Numbered from the stretch's first letter, positions 43,960 through 55,091 are shown. The stretch: DNA of 64,000 nt from Microcoleaceae cyanobacterium (GCA_051652765.1 JBOFUV010000131.1:32001-96000); one strand, 5' to 3'. Notes: generated from the letters alone by a model not told the origin. Numbers and translations are program-made.

Positions 43960-46461
43960 ATGAATACAATCCAATCCATTACGCAACAGATTGAACGGCT
44001 TTGGAGTCGTACTGCTTTACTGCAAGGAGCCTTGCGTCGAGAGAGAGGTTATTCCTATGTGTTGAAGCCTAGCCCTCCGACTGAACCTTCCGTTCAGACA
44101 TCATCTTCGCGCAAATCCCTTGACTTCCCCCAGGGCTTTCGATCTAGAAAGCTAGGGGCTCCTCTCCTCTGGATTTTAGCTGTAGTCTCCCTGACCAGCG
44201 TGATGGGGGTACGGTTTTACAATCAGCCGAAACTAGCCGTGGGGCGCGAGGCCCCTGAAACCCTCTATGCCCCTGCCGATGCAACGGTACTTGATCCAAA
44301 AACAACTGAAGAGAAACGCAAGGAAGCTCTATTTGGTGTTGTTCCGGTTCTAGTCATCAATTCTGCAGTCAATCAAGAAGTTACGAACCAGATTCAAGTC
44401 ACCCTGCGTCGCGGAAACCTGATCCGGAGTACGGCAAATCCCTTTCCATTTGTTGATCCTGGAATTTTTTCCACAGACGTTCAGAATTTGTTGCGTTGGA
44501 TGCCAGAATGGTATTGGCAAGAGGTCTTGAACTCCTTAAAATACGACACTACGGTTCAGCCTCAAATTCAGCCCCATTCTACAATTTTGGGTCAGATCTC
44601 TGACCAAGTAGATACAGAGTTAATTACTCCAAAGACCTTACAAAAAGCTCTGATTCAGTTGCAGTCTTATCGCCAGCGCTCTGCGGATGAAGCATTTAAT
44701 GCTGCAATCGGGCAAATTACTGAAGCGCGTAAACGTTATGCCAAAGCCCTAGTCATGATCGCTCAGCAGTCTCCAACTGAGTTAGAGAGTGCTTACAATC
44801 AGTCCCTCTTGGAATGGTCAGAGGCGACTTGGACTCAAACCAAAATAGGGATTGAACAAGTCAGCAGACAAATGTTAAGCCAGGGAATTGCCCCAGGGCT
44901 AACGGACATCAGTCTACAACAAGCCATTCGAATTCAGGTAACAGCCCTTGTCCCCTCCCCCAGTCAAGACTTTGCAATTCGATTTCTGAGTCAAGTTTTG
45001 CCCCCTAATTTGATTGAAGACCTCGCAGCAACTCGCAAACGAGCTGAACTAGCCGCCCAAGAAGTACAACCCGTGTTCGTTGGGATTGTGCAAGGAGAAG
45101 TGATTGTGCAAGAGGGGGAGAAAATTACTCAGCAGGAATTTGTTCTCCTAGACTACTTCAACATGAGTGAGCGAGGGGTGAATTGGCGCGGCTTACAAAA
45201 TTTTGTGGGGTTGATGAGCGGGGCCACGGTGATTGTTTTGTTGGTGGGTAAGCAAGTTCGACCCGGTTTGCGTCGGCGAGATTACTTTCTATTGTTGTTA
45301 CTGACTTTGAGTACACCAATCCTCGTGTTACTGAAAGTTCCTTCTACGAATCTGCCCGCAGTCGGATTACTCGCAGGCAGCTTTTATGGCTCAACTCTGG
45401 GGGTGACGGTTGTGACCTTGCTTGCTGTGATTCTCCCGATTGGCCTAGAAGTTGACACGATTTCGTTGCTCGCTAGTGCTGCTGGGGGGATTTTGGGTAG
45501 TTTATTGTCTGGACAGTTGCGATCGCGAGAAGAGCTAGCGCTGCTGGGAGGAGCCGTGGGCCTAGCTCAGGGCGTGGTCTACCTGATCGTCACTTTGATC
45601 CTGAGTTCTACTGCAGGCTCGATTTGGTATGTGGTGTTAGGCAGTGTAGTCCTGAGAATTTTGGAGGGACTGGCTTGGAGTGTTGTGGCGTTGGGGATCA
45701 GCCCTTATCTGGAACACCTGTTTGACTTGATTACCCCAATTCGCTTGGCTGAGCTGGCCAATCCCAATCGCCCTTTATTAAAGCGATTGGCCACGGAAGC
45801 TCCGGGGACATTCCAACACACCATGTTTGTTGCCACCCTGGCCGAAGCTGCCGCCCAGACTCTGGGGTGCAATGTAGAATTGGTGAGAACTGGAACGCTT
45901 TACCATGATATTGGCAAGATGCATGATCCTTTGGGCTTTATTGAGAATCAAATGGGAGGCCCCAATAAGCATGATGAGATTAATGATCCGTGGAAAAGCG
46001 CTCAGATTATCAAAAAACATGTCAGTGAAGGGTTAGTCATGGCCCGTCGCTGTCGCTTGCCCCAGGCCATTCAAGCTTTTATTCCTGAACATCAAGGCAA
46101 GATGTTGATTGCCTATTTTTATTACCAGGCTGAGCAAGAAGCCAAAGCAGATTCTCAGCTTGTGGTTCAGGAGCAAGACTTTCGCTATGATGGGCCAATT
46201 CCTCAATCTCGGGAAACTGGAATTGTGATGTTGGCAGACTCCTGCGAGGCAGCACTGCGATCGCTCAAAGAGGCAACCCATGAAGAAGCCCTGCGAATGG
46301 TAAATAAAATTCTCCGAGCCCGATGGCAAGATCATCAACTCGTTGATTCTGGCCTGACTCGGGAAAATATGGTAACCATTGCCGAAGTATTTGTTCGGGT
46401 TTGGGAACAGGTGAATCACAAGCGCATTGCTTACCCAAAAGGAGTACTTTACCCACGCTAG
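43960..46461 (+). CDS. 7TM-HD phosphohydrolase (PgpH-like cyclic dinucleotide phosphodiesterase)
   Basis: Extracellular domain, multiple TMs, EAPGTFQH, YHDIGK, FIENQ and MLADSCEAA motifs. Confidence 0.9.
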   Translation: MNTIQSITQQIERLWSRTALLQGALRRERGYSYVLKPSPPTEPSVQTSSSRKSLDFPQGFRSRKLGAPLLWILAVVSLTSVMGVRFYNQPKLAVGREAPETLYAPADATVLDPKTTEEKRKEALFGVVPVLVINSAVNQEVTNQIQVTLRRGNLIRSTANPFPFVDPGIFSTDVQNLLRWMPEWYWQEVLNSLKYDTTVQPQIQPHSTILGQISDQVDTELITPKTLQKALIQLQSYRQRSADEAFNAAIGQITEARKRYAKALVMIAQQSPTELESAYNQSLLEWSEATWTQTKIGIEQVSRQMLSQGIAPGLTDISLQQAIRIQVTALVPSPSQDFAIRFLSQVLPPNLIEDLAATRKRAELAAQEVQPVFVGIVQGEVIVQEGEKITQQEFVLLDYFNMSERGVNWRGLQNFVGLMSGATVIVLLVGKQVRPGLRRRDYFLLLLLTLSTPILVLLKVPSTNLPAVGLLAGSFYGSTLGVTVVTLLAVILPIGLEVDTISLLASAAGGILGSLLSGQLRSREELALLGGAVGLAQGVVYLIVTLILSSTAGSIWYVVLGSVVLRILEGLAWSVVALGISPYLEHLFDLITPIRLAELANPNRPLLKRLATEAPGTFQHTMFVATLAEAAAQTLGCNVELVRTGTLYHDIGKMHDPLGFIENQMGGPNKHDEINDPWKSAQIIKKHVSEGLVMARRCRLPQAIQAFIPEHQGKMLIAYFYYQAEQEAKADSQLVVQEQDFRYDGPIPQSRETGIVMLADSCEAALRSLKEATHEEALRMVNKILRARWQDHQLVDSGLTRENMVTIAEVFVRVWEQVNHKRIAYPKGVLYPR

Positions 46462-46677
46462 TTCAGCTATAGCGGGATCAGGGAAGTTAGGGTAGGTCTA
46501 GCGCAAACCCTTTCTGTTCCTTAGGGTTGGAGATGGAGATTCAATCCTATCGAATGGTCATCCCGGCTGTCTGATCAGACAGGTGTTATAAAGCTAGCCA
46601 TGTCATAGTTACAATAAAGTCGCCCCTGTCCAAGCTTGTCTAAAGACTTAAATACCTAAATCCTAATAGAATTTTTG

Positions 46678-47520
46678 ATGATGAGTCGCCGTAGATTATT
46701 TAGAGTTTTGTGTGGCTGCTTGATCACCACTATGGTCATACTGTTGAGCTATGGGCAGATTGCTAAAATTATCCAACATAAAGTCCAACATAAAGTATCA
46801 ATTTTTTCATCTGTCTCAGAAGCTACTTCTGTTCAGTTGATTGTGTCTGCGGCGGCCAGTTTAACTAATGTAATGGAAGCGATTCAGCCAATCTATCAAA
46901 AGCAATGGCCGGAGATTAAATTAATCTATAATTTTGGTTCATCCGGTTCTCTTCAGCAACAAATTCAGCAAGGCGCACCTGTTGATATTTTTATTTCTGC
47001 GGCCCCCAAACAAATGAATGAATTAGAAAAAAAAGGGTTGCTTTTGACTGGAACTCGCAAAAACTTACTCACCAATGAAATCGTTTTAATTGTGCCAAAA
47101 GGTAGCACAAAGATTAAGAGTTTTGATGATCTAACTCGCAATCAAGTTCGTAGAATTGCTATCGGCGAGCCCAAGAGTGTTCCAGTTGGGGAATATGCTC
47201 AAGAAGTGCTCACCTTCCTCAAGATTTTTGAGCAAGTACAGCCCAAAATTGTGTATGGCAAAGATGTTCGTCAGGTCTTAAATTACGTGGCAACAGGAAA
47301 TGTGGATGCTGGAATTGTTTATCGCACAGATGCTCAGAATTCTACCAAAGTTGACACCATTGCATCAGCTCCAAAAGGATCTCACTCCCCCATTGTCTAT
47401 CCTGTTGCAGTGATTAAAGACAGCAAGAATCCTGAAGCGGCTCAAGGATTTGTCATGTTTTTATCGAGTAATACCGCGAAAACAGTCTTTGAAAAGTTTG
47501 GGTTTGGATTGTCCAGTTAG
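46678..47520 (+). CDS. modA: Molybdate-binding protein
   Basis: SAAASL, FGSSGSLQQQI.QGAP.DIF and SVPVGEYA motifs. Confidence 0.95.
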   Translation: MMSRRRLFRVLCGCLITTMVILLSYGQIAKIIQHKVQHKVSIFSSVSEATSVQLIVSAAASLTNVMEAIQPIYQKQWPEIKLIYNFGSSGSLQQQIQQGAPVDIFISAAPKQMNELEKKGLLLTGTRKNLLTNEIVLIVPKGSTKIKSFDDLTRNQVRRIAIGEPKSVPVGEYAQEVLTFLKIFEQVQPKIVYGKDVRQVLNYVATGNVDAGIVYRTDAQNSTKVDTIASAPKGSHSPIVYPVAVIKDSKNPEAAQGFVMFLSSNTAKTVFEKFGFGLSS

Positions 47521-47535
47521 TTAATTGAAGTTTTA

Positions 47536-49449
47536 ATGATTGACAACATTATTACTGATTTTTCTCCAGCCTGGATTTCATTTAGGGCTGCTGTGATCGC
47601 AACATTAATCACCTTTTTTTTGGGGATTATTGCAGCTCGATTCATGCTGAATTATCGTGGGAAAGGTCAGGGATTGATCGATGCAATCTTGACTGCTCCT
47701 CTGGTCTTGCCACCTACAGTAGTTGGATTTTTATTGCTAGTATTATTTGGCCGCTATGGCCCTCTAGGACAACTATTAACAGTGTTTAATTTTTCAGTGA
47801 TTTTTACCTGGTATGCCACAGTAATTGCTGCAACAGTTGTCGCTTTTCCCCTGATGTACAAAACAGCCTTAGGAGCATTCAAACAAATTGATCAAACCAT
47901 CTTAGCCTCGGCCAGAACTTTAGGGGCTTCTGAATGGACGATCTTTTGGCGAATTTTATTGCCCTTAGCTAAGCCAGGATTAGTGGCTGGAACCCTATTA
48001 GCATTTGCGCGATCGCTCGGAGAATTTGGTGCAACGTTAATGTTAGCTGGAAGTATTCCCGGTCAAACTCAAACCATTGCCGTTGCCATTTTTTTTGCCG
48101 CAGAAGCAGGCAGAATGGACGAAGCTTTGGTATGGGTGCTGATTATTTTGACAATTTCTTTGGGGATTATTACGGCTATTAATATCTGGTCAGAGGAACC
48201 CACGTTAAACCAAACTTCAAACCAAACTTCAAACCAAACTTCAAGCCAAACAGTGAAGGCGAGAACTCAACAGCTATTCTTAGTAAAAAAGTCGTCACAT
48301 CCTCATATTCAAGTTAACAATTCCTCAACTGACTTGAACCCTCCACCTCAAATTTGCTTAACAGTTGATATTCAAAAGCAACTTCCAGGATTCTTATTGA
48401 ATGTTTCCTTCCAAACCAATGGTAAACCCTTAGGGTTTTTGGGAGCTTCTGGAGCAGGAAAAAGTTTTATTTTGCGCTGCATTGCTGGATTGGAAACCCC
48501 TGACCGAGGACAAATTATTCTGAATGGCAAACTGTTATTTGATGCTGACCAGCGAATTAATTTACCCAGTTATCGTCGTCGAGTGGGTTATTTATTTCAA
48601 AACTATGCTCTCTTCTCTCACTTAACGGTTGCCAAAAATATTGCTTTCGGCTTTCCTAAAGGATTATCAAACCTGCAAATTAAGCAACGGGTTGAACAAC
48701 AATTGATTGCTGTAGATTTAACTGGATTGAATCATCGATATCCCCATGAACTCTCCGGCGGACAACAGCAACGGGTAGCTTTGGCGCGGGTATTGGCGAG
48801 TGAACCCGAAGTTTTGTTGCTGGATGAACCTTTTTCTGCTCTGGATACTGACCTGCGCGATCGCATGGAAAAGCTACTGAGATCGACATTAGAATCATAC
48901 CAAGGGGAAACCCTATTTGTCACTCACAATCTTGAGGAAGCCTATCAAGTTTGCCAGAACTTGTTAGTGATTGATCAAGGTCAGATCTTGGCTCAAGGTT
49001 CAAAGCATGAAATTTTTGAACATCCCAATTATTTGAGGGTGGCTCAACTCACTGGCTGTAAAAATTTTTCTGCGGCAATTCCCCTCGGACAAAATCAAGC
49101 GCAAGCCGTGGATTGGGGTTGTATTCTACACACCATTGAACCTATCCCAGATGGATTAGTTCAGGTGGGAATTCGGGCTCACCAAATTGCTTTTTTACCT
49201 TCAGATTATTCCGATCAAATCCCAAAATTCCTCAATATCTTTCCCTGTTGGCTAGCTGCAATTAGCGAAACCCAACACCGGATCACGCTATACTTAAAGC
49301 TACACAGTTCTCCGATTAATTCCTCAGATTATCATTTGCAAGCTGAGGTATTGAAGGAGAACTGGAGCATGATGAAAGATCATCCTTTTCCTTGGCAAGT
49401 TCAGCTTAAACCCATGCAATTGATGCTCTTAAAAGAATGCTCAATCTAA
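47536..49449 (+). CDS. modB: Molybdate ABC permease-ATPase fusion (ModB-ModC)
   Basis: PLVLPPTVVG and FARSLGEFGAT permease motifs, then [16 protein letters not shown] and LLDEPF. Confidence 0.93.
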   Translation: MIDNIITDFSPAWISFRAAVIATLITFFLGIIAARFMLNYRGKGQGLIDAILTAPLVLPPTVVGFLLLVLFGRYGPLGQLLTVFNFSVIFTWYATVIAATVVAFPLMYKTALGAFKQIDQTILASARTLGASEWTIFWRILLPLAKPGLVAGTLLAFARSLGEFGATLMLAGSIPGQTQTIAVAIFFAAEAGRMDEALVWVLIILTISLGIITAINIWSEEPTLNQTSNQTSNQTSSQTVKARTQQLFLVKKSSHPHIQVNNSSTDLNPPPQICLTVDIQKQLPGFLLNVSFQTNGKPLGFLGASGAGKSFILRCIAGLETPDRGQIILNGKLLFDADQRINLPSYRRRVGYLFQNYALFSHLTVAKNIAFGFPKGLSNLQIKQRVEQQLIAVDLTGLNHRYPHELSGGQQQRVALARVLASEPEVLLLDEPFSALDTDLRDRMEKLLRSTLESYQGETLFVTHNLEEAYQVCQNLLVIDQGQILAQGSKHEIFEHPNYLRVAQLTGCKNFSAAIPLGQNQAQAVDWGCILHTIEPIPDGLVQVGIRAHQIAFLPSDYSDQIPKFLNIFPCWLAAISETQHRITLYLKLHSSPINSSDYHLQAEVLKENWSMMKDHPFPWQVQLKPMQLMLLKECSI

Positions 49450-50006
49450 ACCTTATATTGACATTCAACCTGAAAATTCCTGACGATTGCTTGAGTCTGG
49501 GCAATCATGTTTGGATCGGGCGATCGCGTCTTGGACATGAAAAAGACAACGACTGCCAGCACTTGAGCATCTGCCAGAATGGGAATCCCAAACCCAGCTT
49601 TGACACTTAACGCTTTCGCAATTTGATTCCGTAAAAAATACGTTTCTGACTGAGCCGAAGCATCCTCAACCCATTCAGGTTGCTGAGACTGCCATACTCG
49701 CCCCGGTATCCCTTCCTCAGGCAGCAAAACAAACGCTTTACTACACACTTGAAACTGTATCCATGAGATTGTTTGATGGATGTCCAGCTCGGTATTCACC
49801 CACCAGGCAGGACTCAGTTCTAGAACATTGTGAGTCCTATTGGGAATCCAAGATTCACCATATTCCCACCCTGTTTTAGCACAGACAGCAACGAGTAAAG
49901 CGGTTAGGGCATTGACCAAGCTTGCCGTTAAATCAAGGGACTGAGTGAGTGAGGGGGGCTGGTCTAAAATGTCCTGTTCAGACGGATTGGAAGAATGTTG
50001 AGTCAT
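49446..50006 (-). CDS. Stand-alone GAF domain protein
   Basis: WEYGESW, GIPGRVW...PEW and FLR..IA...KAGFGIPI motifs. Confidence 0.82.
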   Translation of the reverse strand: MTQHSSNPSEQDILDQPPSLTQSLDLTASLVNALTALLVAVCAKTGWEYGESWIPNRTHNVLELSPAWWVNTELDIHQTISWIQFQVCSKAFVLLPEEGIPGRVWQSQQPEWVEDASAQSETYFLRNQIAKALSVKAGFGIPILADAQVLAVVVFFMSKTRSPDPNMIAQTQAIVRNFQVECQYKV

Positions 50007-50573
50007 AGCAACGTTTTGTCAAAACCTCATGAGGAAAATACTAATTCGACCTGGTATCCCTTGTGGCTAATGTCCACGGCTCTCTCTGTACTGAGTCACT
50101 AAGTCACTAAGTCTGCTGGATACAAAGCTATATGAGAACAGCACGAAGAGCTCGTGTTGCCATCCGAACTTGTCTGATGTGAAAAACTTAGTTAGAGACA
50201 ACACCTGATTATCCGTTCCACTCAAACTCAACAATGGCGGAGTCATATCAAGTTTTTGGCAGTAGAACTAGTTCAAAACCATGGACATGGCTTGAGTTCA
50301 AAGTTACTGGCAGTCCTTCCTCTATTTTGTTTTTTAAGCTACAGAATCTATTGGTTCATTGATAAAAAGCATGGATTCTATGCTTTTTCTGCAACACATT
50401 CTTATATTTTTTTGACTTAGTATACTCAAATATATTTCTGTTGTTCAAGCTACAAAGATCAATAGAATTTACACATAAAAAGGGTAAAGGAAAGTGAGAT
50501 GGTATTAAGCTAAAAGAACGAGCTTTACCAAACTGGATTACCACCAAAGATCTGCTGAGCAGTCCAATTAACT

Positions 50574-50620
50574 TACTTTAATTATACTTTAACTACACTT
50601 TAAATATACTTTAACTATAC
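50574..50620. repeat. Four 11-bp direct repeats (TACTTTAAnTA)
   Basis: tactttaatta tactttaacta cactttaaata tactttaacta tac. Confidence 0.8.
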
Positions 50621-51017
50621 AGTGACGAATTCGGCTGATCCTCTCAACGGAATAGATAAGCCACGACCGGATCAACCGCTATTTGTAGGGCGAGATATAT
50701 TTGTTCGATAATTTGGAAGATTTCAGATGACCCTTCCGGAAGTCCTGACTTTACCAGTTAGTTTGGCAGTGCGCTGTTCATGGTGCTCACACGACTTCAA
50801 GATGCGACGCTGAGTTTGTCAAACTGGTCTGATCTAGGTACAGTTAACAGAAAGCCTCTAACTCTATCTCTAGCAATCTGATTTCAGGCATGAACGAAGT
50901 TTGCACAATAGACATCCCATCAAGCGTTACTGATTGCTAAAGGTCAGAACGTTAGAGGCCAATCCATGAAATGAAATTGAATTGTCAACCAATATTTAAA
51001 TCCAGGAATTTGTTCAA

Positions 51018-51476
51018 ATGGCTGTTAAAGTTGGCGATTTAGCTCCAGATTTCAATCTCCTCTCTCAAACAGGAGGATCGATCAGTCTGAAAAACTTTAT
51101 AGGACAAAAAGCAGTTGTCCTCTATTTTTATCCAAAGGATGACACACCGGGATGCACGGCTGAGGCTTGCGCCTTCCGAGATAGTTATCAAGTGTTCCAA
51201 GATGCCGGAGCGGAGATCATTGGCGTGAGTAGCGACTCTGTGCAATCTCACCAACAATTTGCCGCGAAGTACAACCTGCCTTTTACCCTACTGAGCGATA
51301 CTGGAGACGCAGTTCGAAAGCTCTACGGCGTTCCCTCGACTCTGTGGATAATGCCGGGTCGAGTCACCTACGTGATTGACAAAGACGGAATTGTTCGTCA
51401 CATTTTTGATTCCATGCTCAACTTCAAAGCCCATGTCGATGAATCCCTCGCCATTTTAGGCGCAAGTCCAGTCTAG
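51018..51476 (+). CDS. bcp: Peroxiredoxin Q / BCP
   Basis: YFYPKDDTPGCTAEACAFRD motif. Confidence 0.93.
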   Translation: MAVKVGDLAPDFNLLSQTGGSISLKNFIGQKAVVLYFYPKDDTPGCTAEACAFRDSYQVFQDAGAEIIGVSSDSVQSHQQFAAKYNLPFTLLSDTGDAVRKLYGVPSTLWIMPGRVTYVIDKDGIVRHIFDSMLNFKAHVDESLAILGASPV

Positions 51477-51500
51477 TAACTTTGTTACAGTCACTTTAAC

Positions 51501-51525
51501 GAGTAAGGGTTATCTACCCTTACTC
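51501..51525. terminator. Perfect 10-bp hairpin between convergent genes
   Basis: GAGTAAGGGT-TATCT-ACCCTTACTC. Confidence 0.65.
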
Positions 51526-51627
51526 AAGATTTTGGATTAAGAACTCATCAAAGTGATCACGGTCAAGGATACTGATGTATCCTGCTTAAGCTGATAAATT
51601 GTGTATCTCTGTAGCAGTGGGCGGACT

Positions 51628-53346
51628 CTATCGAGACAGACATTGATACATTCTGAAATAGTAGCCAGGAACTCGAGACTTGGATGCTGAATCTTCTAGA
51701 CAGTTTTGAGACTCTAGATTTTGAGGAGCTGAAAAATTCACAGTCCATAGATTTAGAGGTCGTGGTGACTGATCCAAGATTTGATTTAAAGTATTAACTG
51801 AAATTGCCGAATCACCCAACTTCTGAGCTAGTAAAAATTGAGGCTGTTTTCCTGAAGAGTTTAGCCGATTTAGTTCCCAAGCAATTCCCATCATTTCTCC
51901 AGTTTGCTCATGATTTTTGTGCACGGTTGCAATTAATGTTGGGATTTCTAAACTCAAGGTTGGCGCGATCGCCTTTGCAACTAAATCAGATCGATCCGGC
52001 TTTTGATAGGCCAAGTTGTATGTCACCATGACACTGCTGATCAAGCCAGAAATTAAGATGATTCCAATCCATTTTTTAGTTTGTTGGGCTTTTTCTATCG
52101 TTTGCCACATCAGAGAAAGGTGAACTGCAAATAGACTGAGTAAGAGGGGAAAGTAAGTAAATTGATAACGAGCTGCCAAAGTTAAATCAATTCCAAAACC
52201 ATAGGTTGTAATCAATAAAATCAATAGAATACTAACTGTAATGTCTATCAAAACTTGATTATTTTCTTGCCAAGTCTTTGGGAAGACTGTTCGACTTTGC
52301 AAGATTAATTTAATGCTTAGACCCGTCACGCCCAGCATTCCAATTACCGAAGCAATCGTTACTCCCAAGGATTGACTCTCAACTGGAAATATAACCACCA
52401 TTGTGATCATCCAAGCAAAAGTTCTCACGAGAGGGGCGATGAATTCTCTAGAGGATTCCCCATGAAATACCCAACTAATTAATCCACTCTCTGAGCTTGA
52501 AATACTAAACAGGATTGGCAGCCAGACCAGGCTACCGACCATCGAGCCTAAAGCAGCTAAGTAAATTCTAGTCCAGGCTTGGGATTGAGGGAGTCTGTGG
52601 AAAAATTCTTGACTTTTTAAGTCAGACTGTTTTTGATTGATTTGTAGCTCTTCTAACCAAAGTTTAACAATAACTAACGCAATTGCTCCTAGAACAACGA
52701 TGAAGAAAAAATGAACAGCAATGCCTAACGTGTTGATTCCAATCCAAGTCAATATTATCCAAACTGGAAGATTAATCTTTTGTTTTAATCTCTGAATTGC
52801 AACAATACAGCAGGATAATGAAGCGATGATCAAGATAATTGCTAATGTATAATGACGGGCTTCTTGCGCGAGATAAACTCCGAAAGGAGCAATCGCTATC
52901 AAAGCCGCTGAGAACTGCCCTACTAATACAGAACGAAAGGCTAGCCAACTCAAACCAAATAGTGCCGGAATTGAGATTGCCCCTAGAATCGCACTGAGCG
53001 ATCGCGCTCCCCAAATTGAGACAAATTCACCGGGGTTATCAAATAATTTGACCCAAAGATGAGTCAGAATAAAATAGACTGGAGGATGATTACTTTCAAT
53101 CAATAAATTTTGAAAAACTGCTCCTAAATCAATACCAGAATCTAGTGTTAAAGGAGCTAGTAAGGTCTCAAGGCTAATGGGTTGATCCAAGGGAATGGTT
53201 CGGAAGCTATGACCCAAACTAAAGACTAATGTGGCAAATTCATCACTCCAAATAGGTTTAGCTTCCAGATTGATCAGACGCAGAATCAACCCTAAGCCAA
53301 ACCATAAAATCAGGAGAACGCTGTGAATTTTATAGTTTTGAGTCAT
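51628..53346 (-). CDS. GT-C (PMT/GT39-like) membrane glycosyltransferase
   Basis: W.DE, HPPVYF and QEARHY motifs; many TM helices. Confidence 0.85.
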   Translation of the reverse strand: MTQNYKIHSVLLILWFGLGLILRLINLEAKPIWSDEFATLVFSLGHSFRTIPLDQPISLETLLAPLTLDSGIDLGAVFQNLLIESNHPPVYFILTHLWVKLFDNPGEFVSIWGARSLSAILGAISIPALFGLSWLAFRSVLVGQFSAALIAIAPFGVYLAQEARHYTLAIILIIASLSCCIVAIQRLKQKINLPVWIILTWIGINTLGIAVHFFFIVVLGAIALVIVKLWLEELQINQKQSDLKSQEFFHRLPQSQAWTRIYLAALGSMVGSLVWLPILFSISSSESGLISWVFHGESSREFIAPLVRTFAWMITMVVIFPVESQSLGVTIASVIGMLGVTGLSIKLILQSRTVFPKTWQENNQVLIDITVSILLILLITTYGFGIDLTLAARYQFTYFPLLLSLFAVHLSLMWQTIEKAQQTKKWIGIILISGLISSVMVTYNLAYQKPDRSDLVAKAIAPTLSLEIPTLIATVHKNHEQTGEMMGIAWELNRLNSSGKQPQFLLAQKLGDSAISVNTLNQILDQSPRPLNLWTVNFSAPQNLESQNCLEDSASKSRVPGYYFRMYQCLSR

Positions 53347-53483
53347 ACAATAGTTTTTAAATCCGTGAAGGACATTTCAGCCACTCAAGTCCCCTTTTTC
53401 TGGACGCGAAGCAGCTTCTCGTTAGAGTAGAGAGATTTAGGGATCGCTTCATATCGCATCCTTACAAAAACGGCTGTATTCTC

Positions 53484-55091
53484 CTAAAAACTGCGTTTAA
53501 CCACTAGAACTTGACCTGGGTTAAGCTTTTTGAGTTCAGGAGTCAAGTCCAGCCAGGGTTGTAGTTGTCCCGGTTGAAACGTTCGACTCATGACCACATA
53601 AATTGAGGTTTGAGCACAGTCAATTCCAGCGCTAATCACAGTTTGCCAAGTGTCAGCCCGAAGTTGATCGGTAATATGCCACTGACTGTTTTCCCAGCGA
53701 AATTCCCGTTGGAAACAAAAAGGAGCATCTTGTTTTCCAGTGATCAATATTTTCTGCAATGTCTTTCGAATTAAATTTGGGAAAAACCGCCCAAAACTAA
53801 GCATAACCAAACGTAATCCAATTAACTTAAGGGGTGACATCTGGGTCTGTTTTGCCCAACCAAGATGCCCAGAAATCACAATTACATCTTGTTCAACCGT
53901 TATTTGATAAGGCCCAACTAAATGACCAACCGCGTTTTTTAAGGTTTTTCCTTGACGAACCTGAAGTGAAATCTGGGTGTCAGAAACCAATAATTTATTG
54001 TCTCGAAATAGTTTAAAAACGCCTCCTTTATTGAGGGCAATATAGAGTTCTACATTTGGCCGTCGCTTGATTAAAATCTGTGCTTGTTTGAGCCATAAAC
54101 TAGCAACATCTCTGGGGATTGGTGCTGGACGTTCTGGAACAAAATCTCGCCAAGCCAGCAAATAATTCCAAGTATGATGGCCGATAATATGGTCGTCTGC
54201 ATAACAGGGGCCCAAGCCATTTTTTAGCCCTTGTAAAAATCGATCATTGATTCTCAATGCTTCTGGCAACCATCGCCCCACCAGTTCAAAGCCATGGGGG
54301 AAAAAGTTGTAGGTATTTCGACTCGTATACTCTCCGCCATAGGTACCATCGGGGTGAATGAAGTAAGCTGCCAACTCCACTGCTCTGGCGATCGCTTCTC
54401 TCAAGCGCGGGTCAGGTTTAATCTGTTCCAAGCGGGCCAAGCAGGAAATCGTCAACGTTTGGTAGCCCGGATCGCATCCTTCATACTCGCGGAACCAGCC
54501 TTCTTCGTTTTGCCAACTCAGGAGCCGTTCTAGACGAGACGTAATCACCCGCCGCCACTTTGAGGTTTGGAGGACTTGTCCCAACCGTTCGAGGCATAGA
54601 GCAATCAACGCTTCATGATTTGCCAGTTGACCGCTTTCATGATGGTTTGCTAACCAGTTCGCCCGTTTTTCAAAAAATTTCAGGGTCTCATAATCCATCA
54701 ACCCCAGGGATGTATAACTTTCAATACACCCTAAGAGCGAAAAGGCGGTTGCTCCTGAGGCTCGTTCGTAGGGGAAATAATCATCACAAGACCCATCTTC
54801 ATGGGCAGTTTGAACCGCAAATAAGATTCCGGCTTCAACCCATTCTTTCAGCCGAGGTTTTTGATAGTAAGGATTATTCGGCAAGTCCGTTCCATAGGCC
54901 AGAGCTAGGGGCCAAACAAACTCTTGGGCCATACCACTGGGAAAATCGATGATTTTGTAGTGCCAAAAGTTGCGATCAAAACAGCCATAGGTCGGGCTGT
55001 GAGGATTGCGATCCAGCAAAGTCAGAATTTTAGGGATTTGGGCTAGAGCCTCTCTGGCTAGGAGGTCTCGACTGACGATGGAATTTTGCAA
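53484..55091 (-). CDS. Hypothetical protein, probable (alpha/alpha)-barrel plus beta domain
   Basis: 535-aa ORF; GCFDRNFWHY, Q..EGWF.EY.G.DPGY and HPDG..GG.Y.SRNT segments. Confidence 0.65.
   Translation of the reverse strand: MQNSIVSRDLLAREALAQIPKILTLLDRNPHSPTYGCFDRNFWHYKIIDFPSGMAQEFVWPLALAYGTDLPNNPYYQKPRLKEWVEAGILFAVQTAHEDGSCDDYFPYERASGATAFSLLGCIESYTSLGLMDYETLKFFEKRANWLANHHESGQLANHEALIALCLERLGQVLQTSKWRRVITSRLERLLSWQNEEGWFREYEGCDPGYQTLTISCLARLEQIKPDPRLREAIARAVELAAYFIHPDGTYGGEYTSRNTYNFFPHGFELVGRWLPEALRINDRFLQGLKNGLGPCYADDHIIGHHTWNYLLAWRDFVPERPAPIPRDVASLWLKQAQILIKRRPNVELYIALNKGGVFKLFRDNKLLVSDTQISLQVRQGKTLKNAVGHLVGPYQITVEQDVIVISGHLGWAKQTQMSPLKLIGLRLVMLSFGRFFPNLIRKTLQKILITGKQDAPFCFQREFRWENSQWHITDQLRADTWQTVISAGIDCAQTSIYVVMSRTFQPGQLQPWLDLTPELKKLNPGQVLVVKRSF

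Noticed and set aside
47536..49449. ModB-ModC fusion as a novelty
   Set aside because: Fused modBC is already known in cyanobacteria
50356..50547. 63-aa minus-strand ORF
   Set aside because: AT-rich, no clear RBS, no family resemblance
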